DNA from: Azolla caroliniana
Taxonomy: Eukaryota; Plantae; Polypodiophyta
Assembly (NCBI GenBank): GCA_043228905.1
Contig: JBHGNT010000015.1
Location: 3,162,001 to 3,226,000, forward strand
Direction: 5' to 3'
DNA: 64,000 nt
In this document: piece by piece, positions 43,401 to 56,675 of the stretch
Layout of the letters: every line of letters starts with the position of its first letter
How positions within the stretch are numbered: position 1 is the first letter of the stretch
The notes under the pieces: generated by a model
What the model was told of the DNA's origin: nothing
The model's database searches: none
The model's input: the letters and a program-made list of their open reading frames with translations, nothing else
Position numbers and translations under genes: made by a program

Positions 43401-45817
43401 AATGATAATGACTGCAAAGAAATGGGAGACTGAATAACAGACAGAGGTTTCCCTAGGCCAATCACACATTGTCTTCATCATCTCATTGGTCAGAAAGAGC
43501 GGATCTTCCTAGCTAAGCTGGCAAGAAATGTGTACCAGTCGTTTATTAGTCAAAGATCACAGAAAACATAATGACTCAACAGAAAATACTCTCCATCTAT
43601 CACCTCCCTGAATACACGGGGGGAGTGTGCAACTAACTTCCCCATATTATGCAAGAGAGAAGCCACCTCTACAAAATAAATTAGAGCCCCGCCCTACCCT
43701 TCAAATTCCACTTTATTCATTGCAGGGATGGTAAAGGAGGCTATTGAAAGAGTGTGACAGGATGAGTGCAAGATCATGATGGTATGGTTGCACTTTATAC
43801 ATATCCAGTACTGACGATGTTCAATAGATTTGTATGAGGGCTTTCCTGAGTCTCATGAGTACAACCACAAGTGTACCTATACTCAAGTAGGGACCTCTTA
43901 ACAATTACCTATGGTATTAGCATGATAGGTTGCCCATTGGCCAAGGTGTATCAATATGTACTTACGAGTTGAGGGACAGGCAAAATTCAGAAGAGGACAC
44001 TTTTTGGATCATATATTAGCACTAAGAGCTATTGTTGATGAGGTGGTGTTCATGGCATTTTCAGATTTCTACAAAGCTTGTGACAGTCCGTGAGAGCTCA
44101 AATAGGGGATAATGGGACTAGTGGGCGGAGTATGAACTTTCAGAGCCAGTTCGCTCTACTATTGGAGTAGAACAGGGAATGGAGAAGTTGACTTGTGTAG
44201 ATTTCTATATCTACTTAGGTGTAGTGTTTAACTTTTCCATGAGAGGAATTGAGGAGAGGCTCAAGTTGCTGGGGTGTATGCCTCTGCACAGTTTAGTGTG
44301 AGATACAAATGAATTTGGACCATTCTCCCCAGTTATGGACTTCTATGATCAGGGAAGTTTTTCTCTGTCTTCAATTGAGATCCACAAATTTAGAGAGCCT
44401 CTCCTGAAGGGTAGACCTCAAGCAGGCCTTATTCAGAAGCAGATGTCAAAACTTCTTCAAAAAGCTGTGCTAACTTCTAAGAGACCTCAGAACAAGCACA
44501 CCAACCATCTTGTACAGGGACATTGCTTTAGATGCCCGAGGATATGATGATCACCACATAGAAGCTTTGGCAGCAACTGAGAGTACATGATATCATTACT
44601 CAAGATTAAACATAATTCCCCAAGCAGTTAGTATGGAGGGCATTGATGGCACATGGCATCATCCTATGTGAGTGCTTACAGACTTTCCTATTCGCGCTCT
44701 TCCAACTCCCACCCATGGTCCTTATATATCATTGTACTTTGATCACATACAGGTTACACAACGCAGCTCCCTGGTTTAGGTACATTTTTATTGCGCTTCA
44801 TTAAACCAGACATTCAATAAGATTCACATGGATGAGACTTCTGCTGATTTCATATGTCACTCTATGTGGGCACGTCGGTTTCACATTGAATTTCTTTAAG
44901 AGTTTTTGAACTATGCGTCATAATATTGTATCACCAGTCGATAAATGTATGGTCACCATTATTTTGTCATCTGTCTTTTTGCTCCGTCTTGTTCTCTGGT
45001 CTTCCCCCTGTTCCTCTAATGAAATTATACCATAACCTTTTGTTCAGGATTTTGATGCAAGCAGTCCAAAGGCATCATCACCACCATCACCATCACAATC
45101 ACAATCACCAAATTATGATTCTATGTTAATGCTCTTCTACACAAGGAGCCCAAATGCATCATCATCACAATTATAAATATAAACATAACCATCATCATCA
45201 TTTCTCTGAACACGCCCCTGCATAAGTTATACTAGTTCTATTTGATTGGCAGTCAGTCAAATAAAAATTGGTGGTTCAAAAACTATGTTCAAATATGAAA
45301 ATTTGATTGGCACACTCAAGTCAAATAAAATTTGGTGGTTTAGAAACTATGTTCAAATACGAAAATTTGATTGGCACTCGGTCAAATGAAAATTGGTGGT
45401 TCAGAAACTATGCTCAAATACGAAAATTTGATTGGCACACTCAGTCAAATAAAAATTGGTGGTTCAGAAACTATGTTCAAATATGAAAATCTGATTGGCA
45501 CACTCAGTTAAATAAAAATTGGTGGTTCAGAAACTATGTTCAAATATGAAAATCTGGACCTGAAGCCATAGATACGCAGAGATCCATGCAATATACTATT
45601 TCTCTTTGGTTGGGACTTAATGCAAATACAAAATGAATTGGCAAAGTGAGAATAGCGACTAATGTTAAATAGGGGAATCTGCATACATACCCACAGCGAA
45701 TACACCAGTGAGGGCACCAGAGAGAGCAGTGACAAGCAGACGAGGGAGACCACAGGAGGAAGGGTCTGAAGAGATGGAAGGAAGCTGAGGTGGGGAGAAC
45801 TCGATGTCAAAATCCAT
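40475..45817 (-). CDS. NEP1-interacting-protein-like membrane RING-H2 E3 ubiquitin ligase; about 236 aa
   Basis: Exons 45817-45691, 41952-41774, 41498-41415, 41070(or 41073)-40897, 40621-40475, in phase. Gly/Ala-rich hydrophobic [40 protein letters not shown]; RING-H2 CIICLQ...[27 protein letters not shown]. Confidence 0.92.
42270..43600 (-). mobile_element. Probable highly decayed L1-like relic in intron 1 of the RING gene
   Basis: Composition shift and broken frames, with a segment resembling the KVxW...EGG stretch found after LINE RT domains. No intact diagnostic motif. Confidence 0.3.
43960..44300 (+). mobile_element. RTE-like LINE reverse-transcriptase relic with internal deletions
   Basis: Fragments in the expected order: [26 protein letters not shown] (DFxKAFD), STIGVEQG and YLGVVF. 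Confidence 0.6.
45240..45557. repeat. Tandem repeat of about 63 bp, about 5 copies, in RING gene intron 1
   Basis: tttgattggcacactcagtcaaataaaaattggtggttcagaaactatgttcaaatatgaaaa repeated with small variants. Confidence 0.95.
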
Positions 45818-45904
45818 GGCGAATCTTGAGCAAAAACAAAGAAAAAGAAAATCCCAAAAACTGTGAGGAAGTGGAAAGAAGGAAAAGAGAGTGGGCAGGG
45901 CAGG

Positions 45905-45947
<43 letters not shown>

Positions 45948-46340
45948 CAGAGAGCTTTTAATAGAAAGAAGAGAGAAAAAGAACAAAAGGGGAGTTAGTT
46001 TCGGGTTCTTTTCTGTGTGGAAATCTTCGTATCAGAGCTTCTGTTTTTGTTTTTATTTGATTTTCTGTAATCTTCTTCTTCTCCTTCTTCTTCTTCTTCT
46101 TCTTCCCCTGTTCTCTCTCTCCATTCTCCTGCTACTTTGTTTGTATGTAAATTGTATGTATTATTACATACACACACACACACACACACAAAAACAGAGT
46201 CTTCTTTCTTAATAAGGGGAAAGAAAACCAGAGCATAGAATACCCACCTCCTTTTCTCCTATTGCCTCCACCATGGCCCCTCTTCCGATATTTCCCGAAA
46301 TGCCCTTTCCCGAAATGCACAATGATTATATCTGCAATCT

Positions 46341-46372
<32 letters not shown>

Positions 46373-47889
46373 ATGCTCGATTCCACTAAACCTTCCTCCT
46401 CTCGATTCCACTAAACCTTCCTCCTCTTAGGGTTTCGTAAAAGGCATTTGATAAGGCATTTCGTGGAATAAATGTGAAACCCCGAGAATGCTCAAGCCCC
46501 GATTCATATGAGGCACCATTGTGTATGAATCCGCTATGTATGTGTTGTATGATTTGCTGCATGCAAACTTCAACCTTGAGTGTACTCATGAGTCATCGCC
46601 TCATGTGAAAAAGATACTTCACCATCTCCTCCCACTTACAATTCTCGAGCATCATATAAACCCACAATTTAATCAATATAAATAACAATACCTCGCGGCT
46701 TCCAAATGTGTATTCTCAAAATTCATTCATAAATTTCCAATAGCTGTTATACTTCCACGCCATGATGATCCTCATGTCTTGTCACTAGATTGGAAGCATG
46801 CATTGGGAATGATCAACAATTTCTTGGCTATACAAGAGTTATAAGCTACAATTCAAATATATGGCTCCCCTTTCTATTTAAAATAACATTACAAAAAGCT
46901 ATTTAGGAAGCTATTAATCCATGAATTTAAGTTTGATAATGAAAAGCTTCAATCGTGAACTTGAGATCAAACCCATTGTTCCAAGACATGAACCCATAAC
47001 TGTAATGTTTCAATGTGTGCACTTCAGTTACTAAAGGGCAATGTTTTTAACATTGTGCTTTAGCAATAAGGTCTTCTTAACGTGTTCCTGCAATATATCC
47101 AACTACCAATCACTCCTAAAAAGCACATTTTGAGAAGGGTCAGAGAAGCATGCACTAGTACAAAATCCATTCTTGCCCATAATCATTCTATATACTCGCC
47201 ACAGCTTACGAAGCAAAGTTCAGCACTCTGGAATTTATGTATATGTATCTTATAGAACCTTAAAAAATTTCACATACATATACTGAATCCATAAAAAGCC
47301 TTTAATGGTAACATGCACTCTGCTTTCCAGTACCCTCACTGGTGTGTTTGGGTAAGCATAGGAAATCCCCACCTCCCGGGCTCTTGTATTTTGAAGTTTA
47401 AACAAGACCTCGCAAAATCAGAATTCAGTACTCAAAGTCATCAAGCTTACACATAATGATAGCTAGCAGAAGAATGTAAGGTGGCATAGTTAATAATGGT
47501 GAAAATGCACCATGTGGAATGAATGGTTCAATGCCATCACCTCTATATGTTAGTGTACAACAGTAGGATTCCAATTCCCAAAAGGAATGGGGGGCGTATT
47601 CACATCATGGCTTTCAAGTGGATGAAATAATTTGTTCGTAAGGAATTTGCACCCACTTCAAAGCTGCTTTGTTGGATAGATACATTTAGTACTTTTAACA
47701 CTTCAATGAGACTCAAAAATGCCCATTTGTTAGTAGAAACAGCCAATGCAAGGCATAAATGAACCGGATGTTAGCTCCTCGAGACAAGATGCAATGGCCA
47801 GAGCACAATACATAATATTAACTAGCCACATAAGCTAGCTAATATTATGATCTCCTCATAATCTTCAGCATGATGTAAGTTTTCTAACT

Positions 47890-50800
47890 CTAAATCGCAT
47901 TCCCATAAACAAACTTTCCAGAGCCAGTTGTTGCAAATTGCAGGTCATCTGAGTCCAATCTCAGCCTTGACTTTTGCCTTTGATAACGTGCACTCTTGCC
48001 TGTAAATTGCATGTGTCATATGTATCATAATTCACTCTGTTTGGAAAAATATCATCAATGATAATAACATTAGTTCACTTACTAGCAAGTTGATGAGGGA
48101 GTCCAAACTTGTAATCTTCTCTGTTCTTCCTTTGAATGATGAGATAAGCAGCAGACCCAACTATTACAATGACAGCCACAACTGCAAATGCAATCCCCAC
48201 TTTTGCCCCGCTTGATAACTGATGAGTTCCCCAGAGTACAGAGCAAGAAGGCAGTGAAGGGACTCCACATAAGGCTGCATTATCTGATAAGCTGCAAGGA
48301 AAGAATTCCATATATAGGACCATGAAATGTAAATGAGAAAAAAAGACACGACCAACATGCAGATATCAAGTGGCAAGTTGGTGCTAGGTTTTGCCTAGGC
48401 AAGGGTTCTATTCATGCTCTTCTTCCAATCTAGTCAGGTGGGTGAGTATAATGTCTTCTTGAGCAACAATTTTATTTCTAGACAACAAAATATGAATGTC
48501 AGATGAGAATTCCAAAGCATTTACTCTACCTTGTGGTAAATATGCTTATTCAAGTCAACAAGAAACCAGATCTCTAGAGAGCTTGAACACTGTCTATTCT
48601 TGGGCCATAGTCAGTGCAGTCAGAAGAAGATTTACTGGGGAATTGCTCCACATCAGATCAATGTTTAAATCACAGTCAGATCAGGATAAATTTCTGGTAC
48701 AAATGCAGGAAATTTGAGTCATCTTTTCTCTTGCTGCACTTGTCCTTTCAGCAACATTATGACATTTCCATCTAGCATGTGTCATTGTTTGTAGCCTTTG
48801 TTGAGTTATCGATCATCTATACCTACTTCTTCCTAGTTTGGTTTAGGGTGCCATATACCAAATATGGTATTTCCACCTCTCAATTGATTGATGAATCCAA
48901 AATAGAACCCTAAAGCATGAATAGCAATGCATATGCATATCAGTGTAGAAGACACTATTTCAATGGCTGCGCAGATAGATAGTATCTTTCAAACTACATC
49001 ACAAAAATATATATGTAGAGAGAATAGCATATTTAAATGGTATCCTCAATTAGGAATGCTCCTTAAAATTAACAAGCAGGTATTGAGTTCAGGTTCCAAA
49101 GGAAGTACTTGACATAGCCGCCGGTAACACCAATGGAGTAGAGAGCCTCTGGTACCTGCCCCTCAAGCTGATTTCCATCCAAACGCCTTCAAAAGAAGAT
49201 AAATATATATACATGACATGTTTCAGCACAAAAAAATGTTGTTTCAACAAAAGAAATCACACGAATATATACATAAAACTCACACAGTACGAAGATTCGA
49301 AGAACTCAAACTTGAAGGAATGCTCCCTGAAAACTGATTCAGTGATAGATCCCTGAACCCAAATTAACAGTCAGCAAAAACATTACTTCGTTGAGAACCA
49401 GACTATTGACTAGAAATAAACGTCTTAATCTTACACTTCTGTAATAAGCCCTTCACCAAGCCCTTGAGGGATGGTTCCTTTAATAAGATTATTACTCAAG
49501 TTCCTGCAAACAAGAAGATTCATCATTCAATAGACACAATATAATTATGTGAAATCACAATACACAATGACGAGCAATACCAATAAAGTCTGACCAGAAA
49601 AAACAGAGCTGAAAAACATCACTTACAATGACAGAAGGTGACTCAATCCTATAATGTAAACATCAATGAATCCTTGCAGGCCTTGATTTGAAAGGTCTCT
49701 AATAATATAAACAGAAAAACATGTTTAGGTTGTCAATAATGAAATTAAAGCTTCCTATTTTATGATGATGCTCGACACTCACAGATGAGTAATTATATGT
49801 GACTGTTTATTTGTTCCAAGGTTGCAGGTAACTCCTTCCCATGCATCCCAATTTGATGGTGCACATGGATCACCATTCCACCCCATTCTTTCAGGAATTT
49901 GCAATGAACTCTTCAGTGCTCGCAAAGCCAGAACTGCATTTCAAGGAAAGTTAAGACTCGACCAGAACATAGAGGTCAATGGTATATATGCACACACACA
50001 TAAACGTAATTAGAAATCAATAATAAGATCATTTGCATGTGGATGACTTTACACATAACACCGATCATCCTATACCTTAATTATGAGCAACAATGCTATA
50101 GATAAAACCATTTGCATATGGTTGGCTATACACAGAATACCAATCACAATTTAATAGAAACATTAGAGTAACATACCATCATTATGATCTGTAGATGCAT
50201 CCTTGTGAAGCAAGGCATAATTTTCAATCCCACAAATCAGCGGAATACCAACTTGCGGCCTCAGCTCAATACTGAGAGTTGCATTGCTCAAGTTCCTCAC
50301 TATGTATTGAAGATCATATGCTGCAAACTTTCCGACTTTATCAAAAATATCGACATAGCGAAACACAGCTTCATCATTTACCAGGATGTTGAAAACTCGT
50401 TCTTTTGGACGAGAAATGTTTGGATCAATCTCTGCAAAATGAAACCATAACATATAGTCTAGCCTTGGATCTACCGGAAGAAGATACTGCAATACCCTCT
50501 GTGAATCAAGAGTATGACACTTCTGATACAATCGGGTAGGAAAATAGTCGGGCGCCTTATTCGAACCCTCAATATCAAGGGTAGTCGACAAAATAACTTT
50601 CTTTGCCACACTCTGTGTATACTCATTATCTGCATCCCATGCTCTTCCAGTAAGGTCATTATCAACACTCAAGCCAGAGCCAAAAGGTTCATTTCCACCC
50701 GTAAATCGACCATAATTCACCATTAACACATTCTGATTTAGGGTTCGATCATAGCAAAATGGATCAACTTGGACTAATTCAAGGGCACCAACAACAGGTG

Positions 50801-51717
50801 CATCTGTGCCGATGCTGTAGAAGCAAATAGTGGCATCTCCATCTTGAATACTAGCAAAAAGATCGGAATAAGCACCATCATTGTTACTATTCTCTGTCCA
50901 TGTGTCTTGAGTCCAACTAAATACAACAGTGCCCTCTACAGACACGTCAAAGCTTGGGGGGTGATTTTCATTGTCATAATTACCGTAGACAAAGAACATT
51001 CGTATGTAATAAGCCTTGCCAGGGAGGTCTATGATATAACAATTTTCCTTGCCTTGTGATCTTGGGAAGTATCGGAGGGTTCTCTCGTGGGTAGGAACAG
51101 TTAAGTTAGTTAAGCCTGGTAAAGTCGCAGTTAAGCCTCCAGTAAAGAAACGGTCGGAGACCCAGCTGTCATTGAACGCATCAGTGAAGCTCGATGAACC
51201 ACCACAGTCAATTCGGATAGTATGATCTGCACAAATTAATAAAGATGAGAAGAAGATGAATGAAACCCATGAAACTAGGTATAGTGCAACAGACGCAAAA
51301 AGCAAAACTCCATGAAGACAAACCACGAACTAGATAGGATTTAACAGGAACTAAAACTCAAATTTCATCACATAGCCCTCTCAGCATTGAAGAAAGCCAT
51401 GAACTAGATCGTGTTCAAGGGGGAAAAAACAAAAAACTAATTTCATCACGTTGCAGTCCTCTCAGCATTGAAGCAAAAGCCATGAGTAGATAGAGCTCAA
51501 GAGGGAAAAGCAAAGGTCTCCGATACATGAAGAAACTCATGAGTTCAACAGAAGAGAGGTGGGGGGGGGGGGAGCACAAATTTCATCACATTTTAGCTTC
51601 TCAGGGAGAGATAGACTTACTGTATTGAGTGGATTGGTAAGCTGAAGAGGAGCTCAAAACAGCCAGCAACAGGGGAAGGAGGAGGAAACGAAGGCAGAGG
51701 AATGGTGATGAAGCCAT
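47890..51717 (-). CDS. RLP4: Malectin-like domain/LRR receptor-like protein without kinase (RLP4/RLP4-like family); about 634 aa
   Basis: Exons 51717-51621, 51226-50177, 49933-49783, 49698-49627, 49503-49435, 49352-49284, 49186-49109, 48291-48083, 47999-47890, in phase. Signal peptide, IRIDCGG, ERTLRYFP, YGNYD..HPPSFDVSVEGT, DYMLWFHFAEID, RMGWNGDPCAP..WDAWEGVTC, 69-78-nt LRR exons, LCGVPSLPSC, TM helix, tail ARYQRQKS. Confidence 0.92.
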
Positions 51718-51730
51718 GGAAGAAGAAGCA

Positions 51731-51760
51731 CTATGTCTCTATTGCAGAAGAAGAATCCAT
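51731..51760 (-). promoter_or_regulatory. Upstream ORF (MDSSSAIET*) ending 13 nt before the RLP start codon
   Basis: GCC ATG GAT TCT TCT TCT GCA ATA GAG ACA TAG on the minus strand, in a strong start context. Confidence 0.55.
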
Positions 51761-52087
51761 GGCAAATATGAGAAAGAAAGATATATCAAAGGCTTCTAAG
51801 GCCAAAATTGGCCCATGAGAGAGAAGCTTCACATCCTTTGCTTGAAATGGAAGCTTGGAATCCCTGCAAGTGGGGGGGGGGGGGGGGGGGGTGAGTGAGA
51901 GTGTGACTCTGAGTGAATGAGTGAGTGAGGAAAGGGAACAGGGGAAAAGAGAGACATGAATTCACATGATGGATTTAGTGTGATGTGATGACTCTGAGTT
52001 GGGTCTCAATCATTCCTCTTCTTCTTCTTCTTCTTCTTCTTCTTCTTCTTCTTCTTTGCTAGGACACCAACCATATCCATGAAGTCT

Positions 52088-52272
52088 CTTCCTGTCCACA
52101 CAGAAGATGGACACCACCATATTCCATGTTCTGGTTTAGGGTTTAGGGTTGTGCCAACTAAAGGAACTGACCTCCTGTCCACTCCACATAGAAGATGGAC
52201 ACCAGTATATGTATTCCATGTTCTGGTTTAGGGTCTAAGGTTGTGCCAAACTGAAGGAACAGACTTCTCCTC
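52088..52272. repeat. Tandem duplication of about 85-95 bp with telo-box motifs
   Basis: cctgtccac..agaagatggacacca..tattccatgttctggtttagggt.ta.ggttgtgccaa.ct.aaggaac.gac occurs twice. Copy 1 contains GGTTTAGGGTTTAGGGTT. Confidence 0.85.
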
Positions 52273-55200
52273 CGAAGCCCGCCCATTTGGTTTCGGGGGG
52301 GGGGGGGGGGGGGGGGGGGACTCGTCAACACTCCAATGCTCCAAGCTCCCCAAGTTTTATATGTCTGTGTCCACACATCAAGCCATGGTCCTGGAACCAT
52401 GAAACTCATCTTTGGTTGTATCTGTGGCAATTACTGTGGCGGAGGCTTGATTCAAATGCAGTGTCGGAATGGAAATTCGTTTGAATGTACCGCACCTCCA
52501 CCTGTTTTTAAAGGACAAAGAAGTTATGTATCTGGGCTCCCGAGGCATGGGAAAAATCTTGCTAGCAAAGATTTGAACATTAGTATCTCATTTAGATCAA
52601 AGGAATTCGTTCACATAGGAATAGTATTAAGTCTATCTACTTGTTATGTGCATAACCATAACGCATCATGAGATAGGTTTTCCACGGTTTTCCCTGAGTA
52701 TGTGTGGGTTAATTCTAAAAGGAACGAGAGTATGAATTGTGATGTTCATATAAAGTAGTTAAGTGTAAAACATATTAGGGCCTAAAGTTTTCCGCATATA
52801 GAAGAAGGCTAACTGCTTTCTTATCGAGCAGGCTTGACTTATATTGAGACTATATTAATTGTGGTTATGGCTCTTGTTAGCTAAGCACATGCAATCATTG
52901 CAAAACCCAAACTAAGACTCACATTAACCCTCAGTAGTATGGGATATCGAGGAGGTTCGAATCTGTCTCATGACGTCGCTAAGGGGGTGTCGGGCGATTG
53001 CCACCTGTCTTTCCTTTCTTTGGTCTATAATTCCTTATGTTTTGCTTAATTAATTAGTTAGATTGTAATAGCTTTATTAGAGCATACTTTTTTTTATCCC
53101 TAAAGCAACAAACAAGGCATACTTGTTTGTTGCTTTATGGATAAAAAAAGCATTCCTTGTGGGGGGGCAACTATTTATTTATTTATCATTATCCCCCCCC
53201 CCCCCTTTCTTGGACAATCTCGTTGGTTTTTTGCACCAAGCTTCAGCATAGCTAATAGTAGCTCCTCCACGAGCGGATACCTTGCCTCTTGGTCATCAAC
53301 TTATGGAGTATTAGACAAAAAGAAGAAGGAAATAACAAAACATGTCATGCCTTTTTTCTTTTTGCTTTTCTTTTTTGTTTGCAGCAACACTACCACAACC
53401 ACCATGATGGGTTGTAGCATTATAATTGTAACAACTTGGGTGGGTAGTCTACCACTACATCTTTTGGAAGGTGATTTGCGGTTCACATTGCTGCAAAGCT
53501 ATTACACCGTTAATGCATATCCATCCCTACCATGTTGCTAGAGAGCAACAGAGCAACAAGCAGTGTTGTAGAATCGTTGTTGGAGTGATGCTTGACCTCG
53601 TCTACCAGTCATCGTATCTTCTCTGCTCCCTCATTTTCTCTCTTTGACTCAACACTAGATTAGGCCAAGTGCACTTGATTAACACAATGAACACTAGATT
53701 AAGATCACAATCGTAACATTAGATTAGACTAAAAAAGTCCCTTAATACATTAGGTTTAGTTAAAAAATCACAAAGTTTAGTTACAATGGTCGTCTCTCCG
53801 AGCAACGCTAAACCTCCATAAAACAAGAAATGGTGGAAGAAAAGCGGTCAACTCCACTCTCATGCATACCATTCACCAAGATCTCAATACAAAGTATAGT
53901 AGAAGAAAATATAAAACCTAACCATCGTGAAGATGAGAAAAATAAATAAACCAGATGAACACGAAGAAGAAGAAGAAGAAACCTCACAAAACCCTAATGC
54001 TACACTCAAAACCTCAAAATGAGTGACCTAAAATAAGCCCTCTTCTCCTCTTTTTATAGATAAAGAGAATACAATTTTAACATTAAATTTTTATCTTCCT
54101 TTTTTGCATCAAAAATGCAGAAGGGAATAATTCCATTATGTTTTGGTGGTTCTTGGTTAGACCCCTTTTATCCACTTTCTACCTTTGGGCCTGCCACATC
54201 ACGACATTCACCCCCACCAAACCTGCACAACCTCAATTATGTGCCAAGAATGGCAGAGCCAAAGGTAGTTAGCCTTCGTCTTCCTTGGTGCCTACGTCTA
54301 TCTTGTGCTTTATTCCTCCATCTTGACCACGTCCCTACTATCCACGAATTCCTTTGTTTATACCTTGCACCACAAAGAATGGTCGTCATGCTATTGTTTG
54401 TTTCCCTGTGTATAACCCTTCATGCAACAAGCATGTTCCATCTTCATCCTTGTAATTCCCTTGGTCATGGTGCTTTAACAATTCCCTTTCTAGTGTCTCT
54501 TTTGTTTGCCTTCATTAGGCCTTGTCCAAACATCAACCATGACTACTCTTTGTTGCCCCTTCTTCAAGTTGACTACTCTTTGTAGCCCCCTCTTCAAGAA
54601 CATGCATACTTTCAAGCCCGTAGATGCCCACATTGCATGTCTCGAGCTTTGCCCTTTTGTGTGGCACACTCTTACGCTAGAGTTATCCACCGTCCCTTCA
54701 TTCTTCAAACTAGGGTCCTCCTTCGAATTCGATGTCATGATCACATCCTGAGCAACACTCTTCAAACTCTCCTAAACTGCTTGACCCTCTACACGTAGTA
54801 TGGTACTTCCTTCGGCCTCTTCTTCCTTTGTTTTGGCTTTTGTTTCCTTAACCCCACCTTCCTTCTCTTGAGTGGGTCTTACTTTGGTTCGACCCCGACT
54901 CTTTGGTGATTGCCCTATCTTTAGCAACCAATTTGTCCACGTTCACCATTGCCCAAGTCTCTAAATTGATGGAGAGGAAACCCCAACACATTCACTATCC
55001 TTCTCCTCTGCCTTGTTGTCCATAGCCACCTCTTGTTGTGGCTTATTGTCCATAGACACATTTCCCTTGACATCATTGTTTATGACAATCACTTCAAACT
55101 AGTGTGCAAACAAACCAAACTCTTCCCTTCGACGCCGTTATCATGTAATGGTGCTCGGTGGTGAAGAAGAAGACACCAAAATACTCACAAGAAAAAGAAA

Positions 55201-56675
55201 AAGATTTAGAACCCTAAACTTTCTAAGTGAGAGGAAGAAAAAGAAGAAGAAAAAGAAAAAAGAAGTAAAGATTCAAAGGCTGCAATCTTGGTACACCGTC
55301 AATGGGCCCCACTTTGTCCACTTTCTACCTTCAAGCCCGCCACATTAGTCACATTACTATAACGAGGGTCGATGGTGTGCTACTCAGTATATGTGTGTGA
55401 GTGTGTAAATCAGCCCTATTTTTGGTAGATTCTACCCTTGTTGTCTTTTTAATGCACGTTCCTTTGAGGGTAAGTCTCTTTGGAGTGTGTCAAGCACTAA
55501 CTTGCATTCTATTACAATGTCTCCTATTTCTATGATCATTTCCTCAAACCTTCCACTTTTTGCTTGTTGCGTTAACCAAATTTCAATTTCTTTCTCTACA
55601 TCCTTGAGTCCCTTAAGGAAATTTAGGTAGGCATATTCGAAGTTAATGTTGTCTACAACCATGTCACTACATACTAGTGTGTAGGTGGAGAAAGTGCTAG
55701 CATGTTGACCTCTCTTTAAGTCTAGTTCAAGTGTTAATCATGGTGTCGACTAGTCACCATATGTTTGTTTCCACCCTAGACTCATCACCAAATTCTAACA
55801 AGTTGTTTTCATTGTCTATAGTTGGGGTGGGCATAAACTTGAATAGGTCGTTAGGGGGCCTTCTTCTAGACTGTATTTAATGTATGTTGTCTTCTATGAG
55901 GAAGTATAGAATTTGGATATAATATTTTTTTTATTTTTTTATTTAATGTGTCCTTCACATATTGTGATCATGTGTTGGTTTCATGTGAAGCCTTCACACA
56001 TTGGACTCGAGAGAAACCTTCATGTATTGGCGTCACCTGAAGCCTTCGCACTTTGGGTTGATGTGACGCCTTCGTATTAACTTAATGCTCGTATATGCTT
56101 TTGTGAAGTAGAAGACATTTCTTGCAAAAATGATACAAAGAAATATAACAACCCTCTCACATGGTTTCTTGAATCCCCTGATTTGATTCACCATGTCATA
56201 GACCTGTACATTTAATTATTGTATGCAGAAATAGACAGCACGTATTGAATCAATGTAAATAATTTGCACCAACTGTATAGCACCATATTATCATTATCAT
56301 TCATGTCCATTACAAAGTTCCCTCACAAAAATGTAACCATCAATCAATACATTTTCTCTGAAGGTGCCTACAGAATCTTTTTTGTAAGATCATCGGAAGT
56401 GAGCGCGTTCATGGCAAGGAAAATTTAAGATGCCATGTTCATATCAAGCAAAGATACTGAGTGATCAATTTGTAACTTATGTTGTGGCTGCTCAATGAAT
56501 TGTTAATACAGATGGAACCTCTGAGAGGCTACACATTTGTTTGCTATTTGTGTCCTATTACCATGTCTGATTTACAGATCCTTAACCTATGATTGTAACA
56601 ATTACATAAAATGCATCAAATAAATACATTTCAACATTCATACCTAAATTAGGTTGAATTTGAGCACTGCGCACA

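Noticed and set aside
45240-45557. CRISPR-like array (also considered 39846-40146 and 35050-35340)
   Set aside because: Units are head-to-tail with no unique spacers, there are no cas genes, and the context is eukaryotic.
52132-52150. Interstitial telomere
   Set aside because: Only about two TTTAGGG units, which is ordinary telo-box length.
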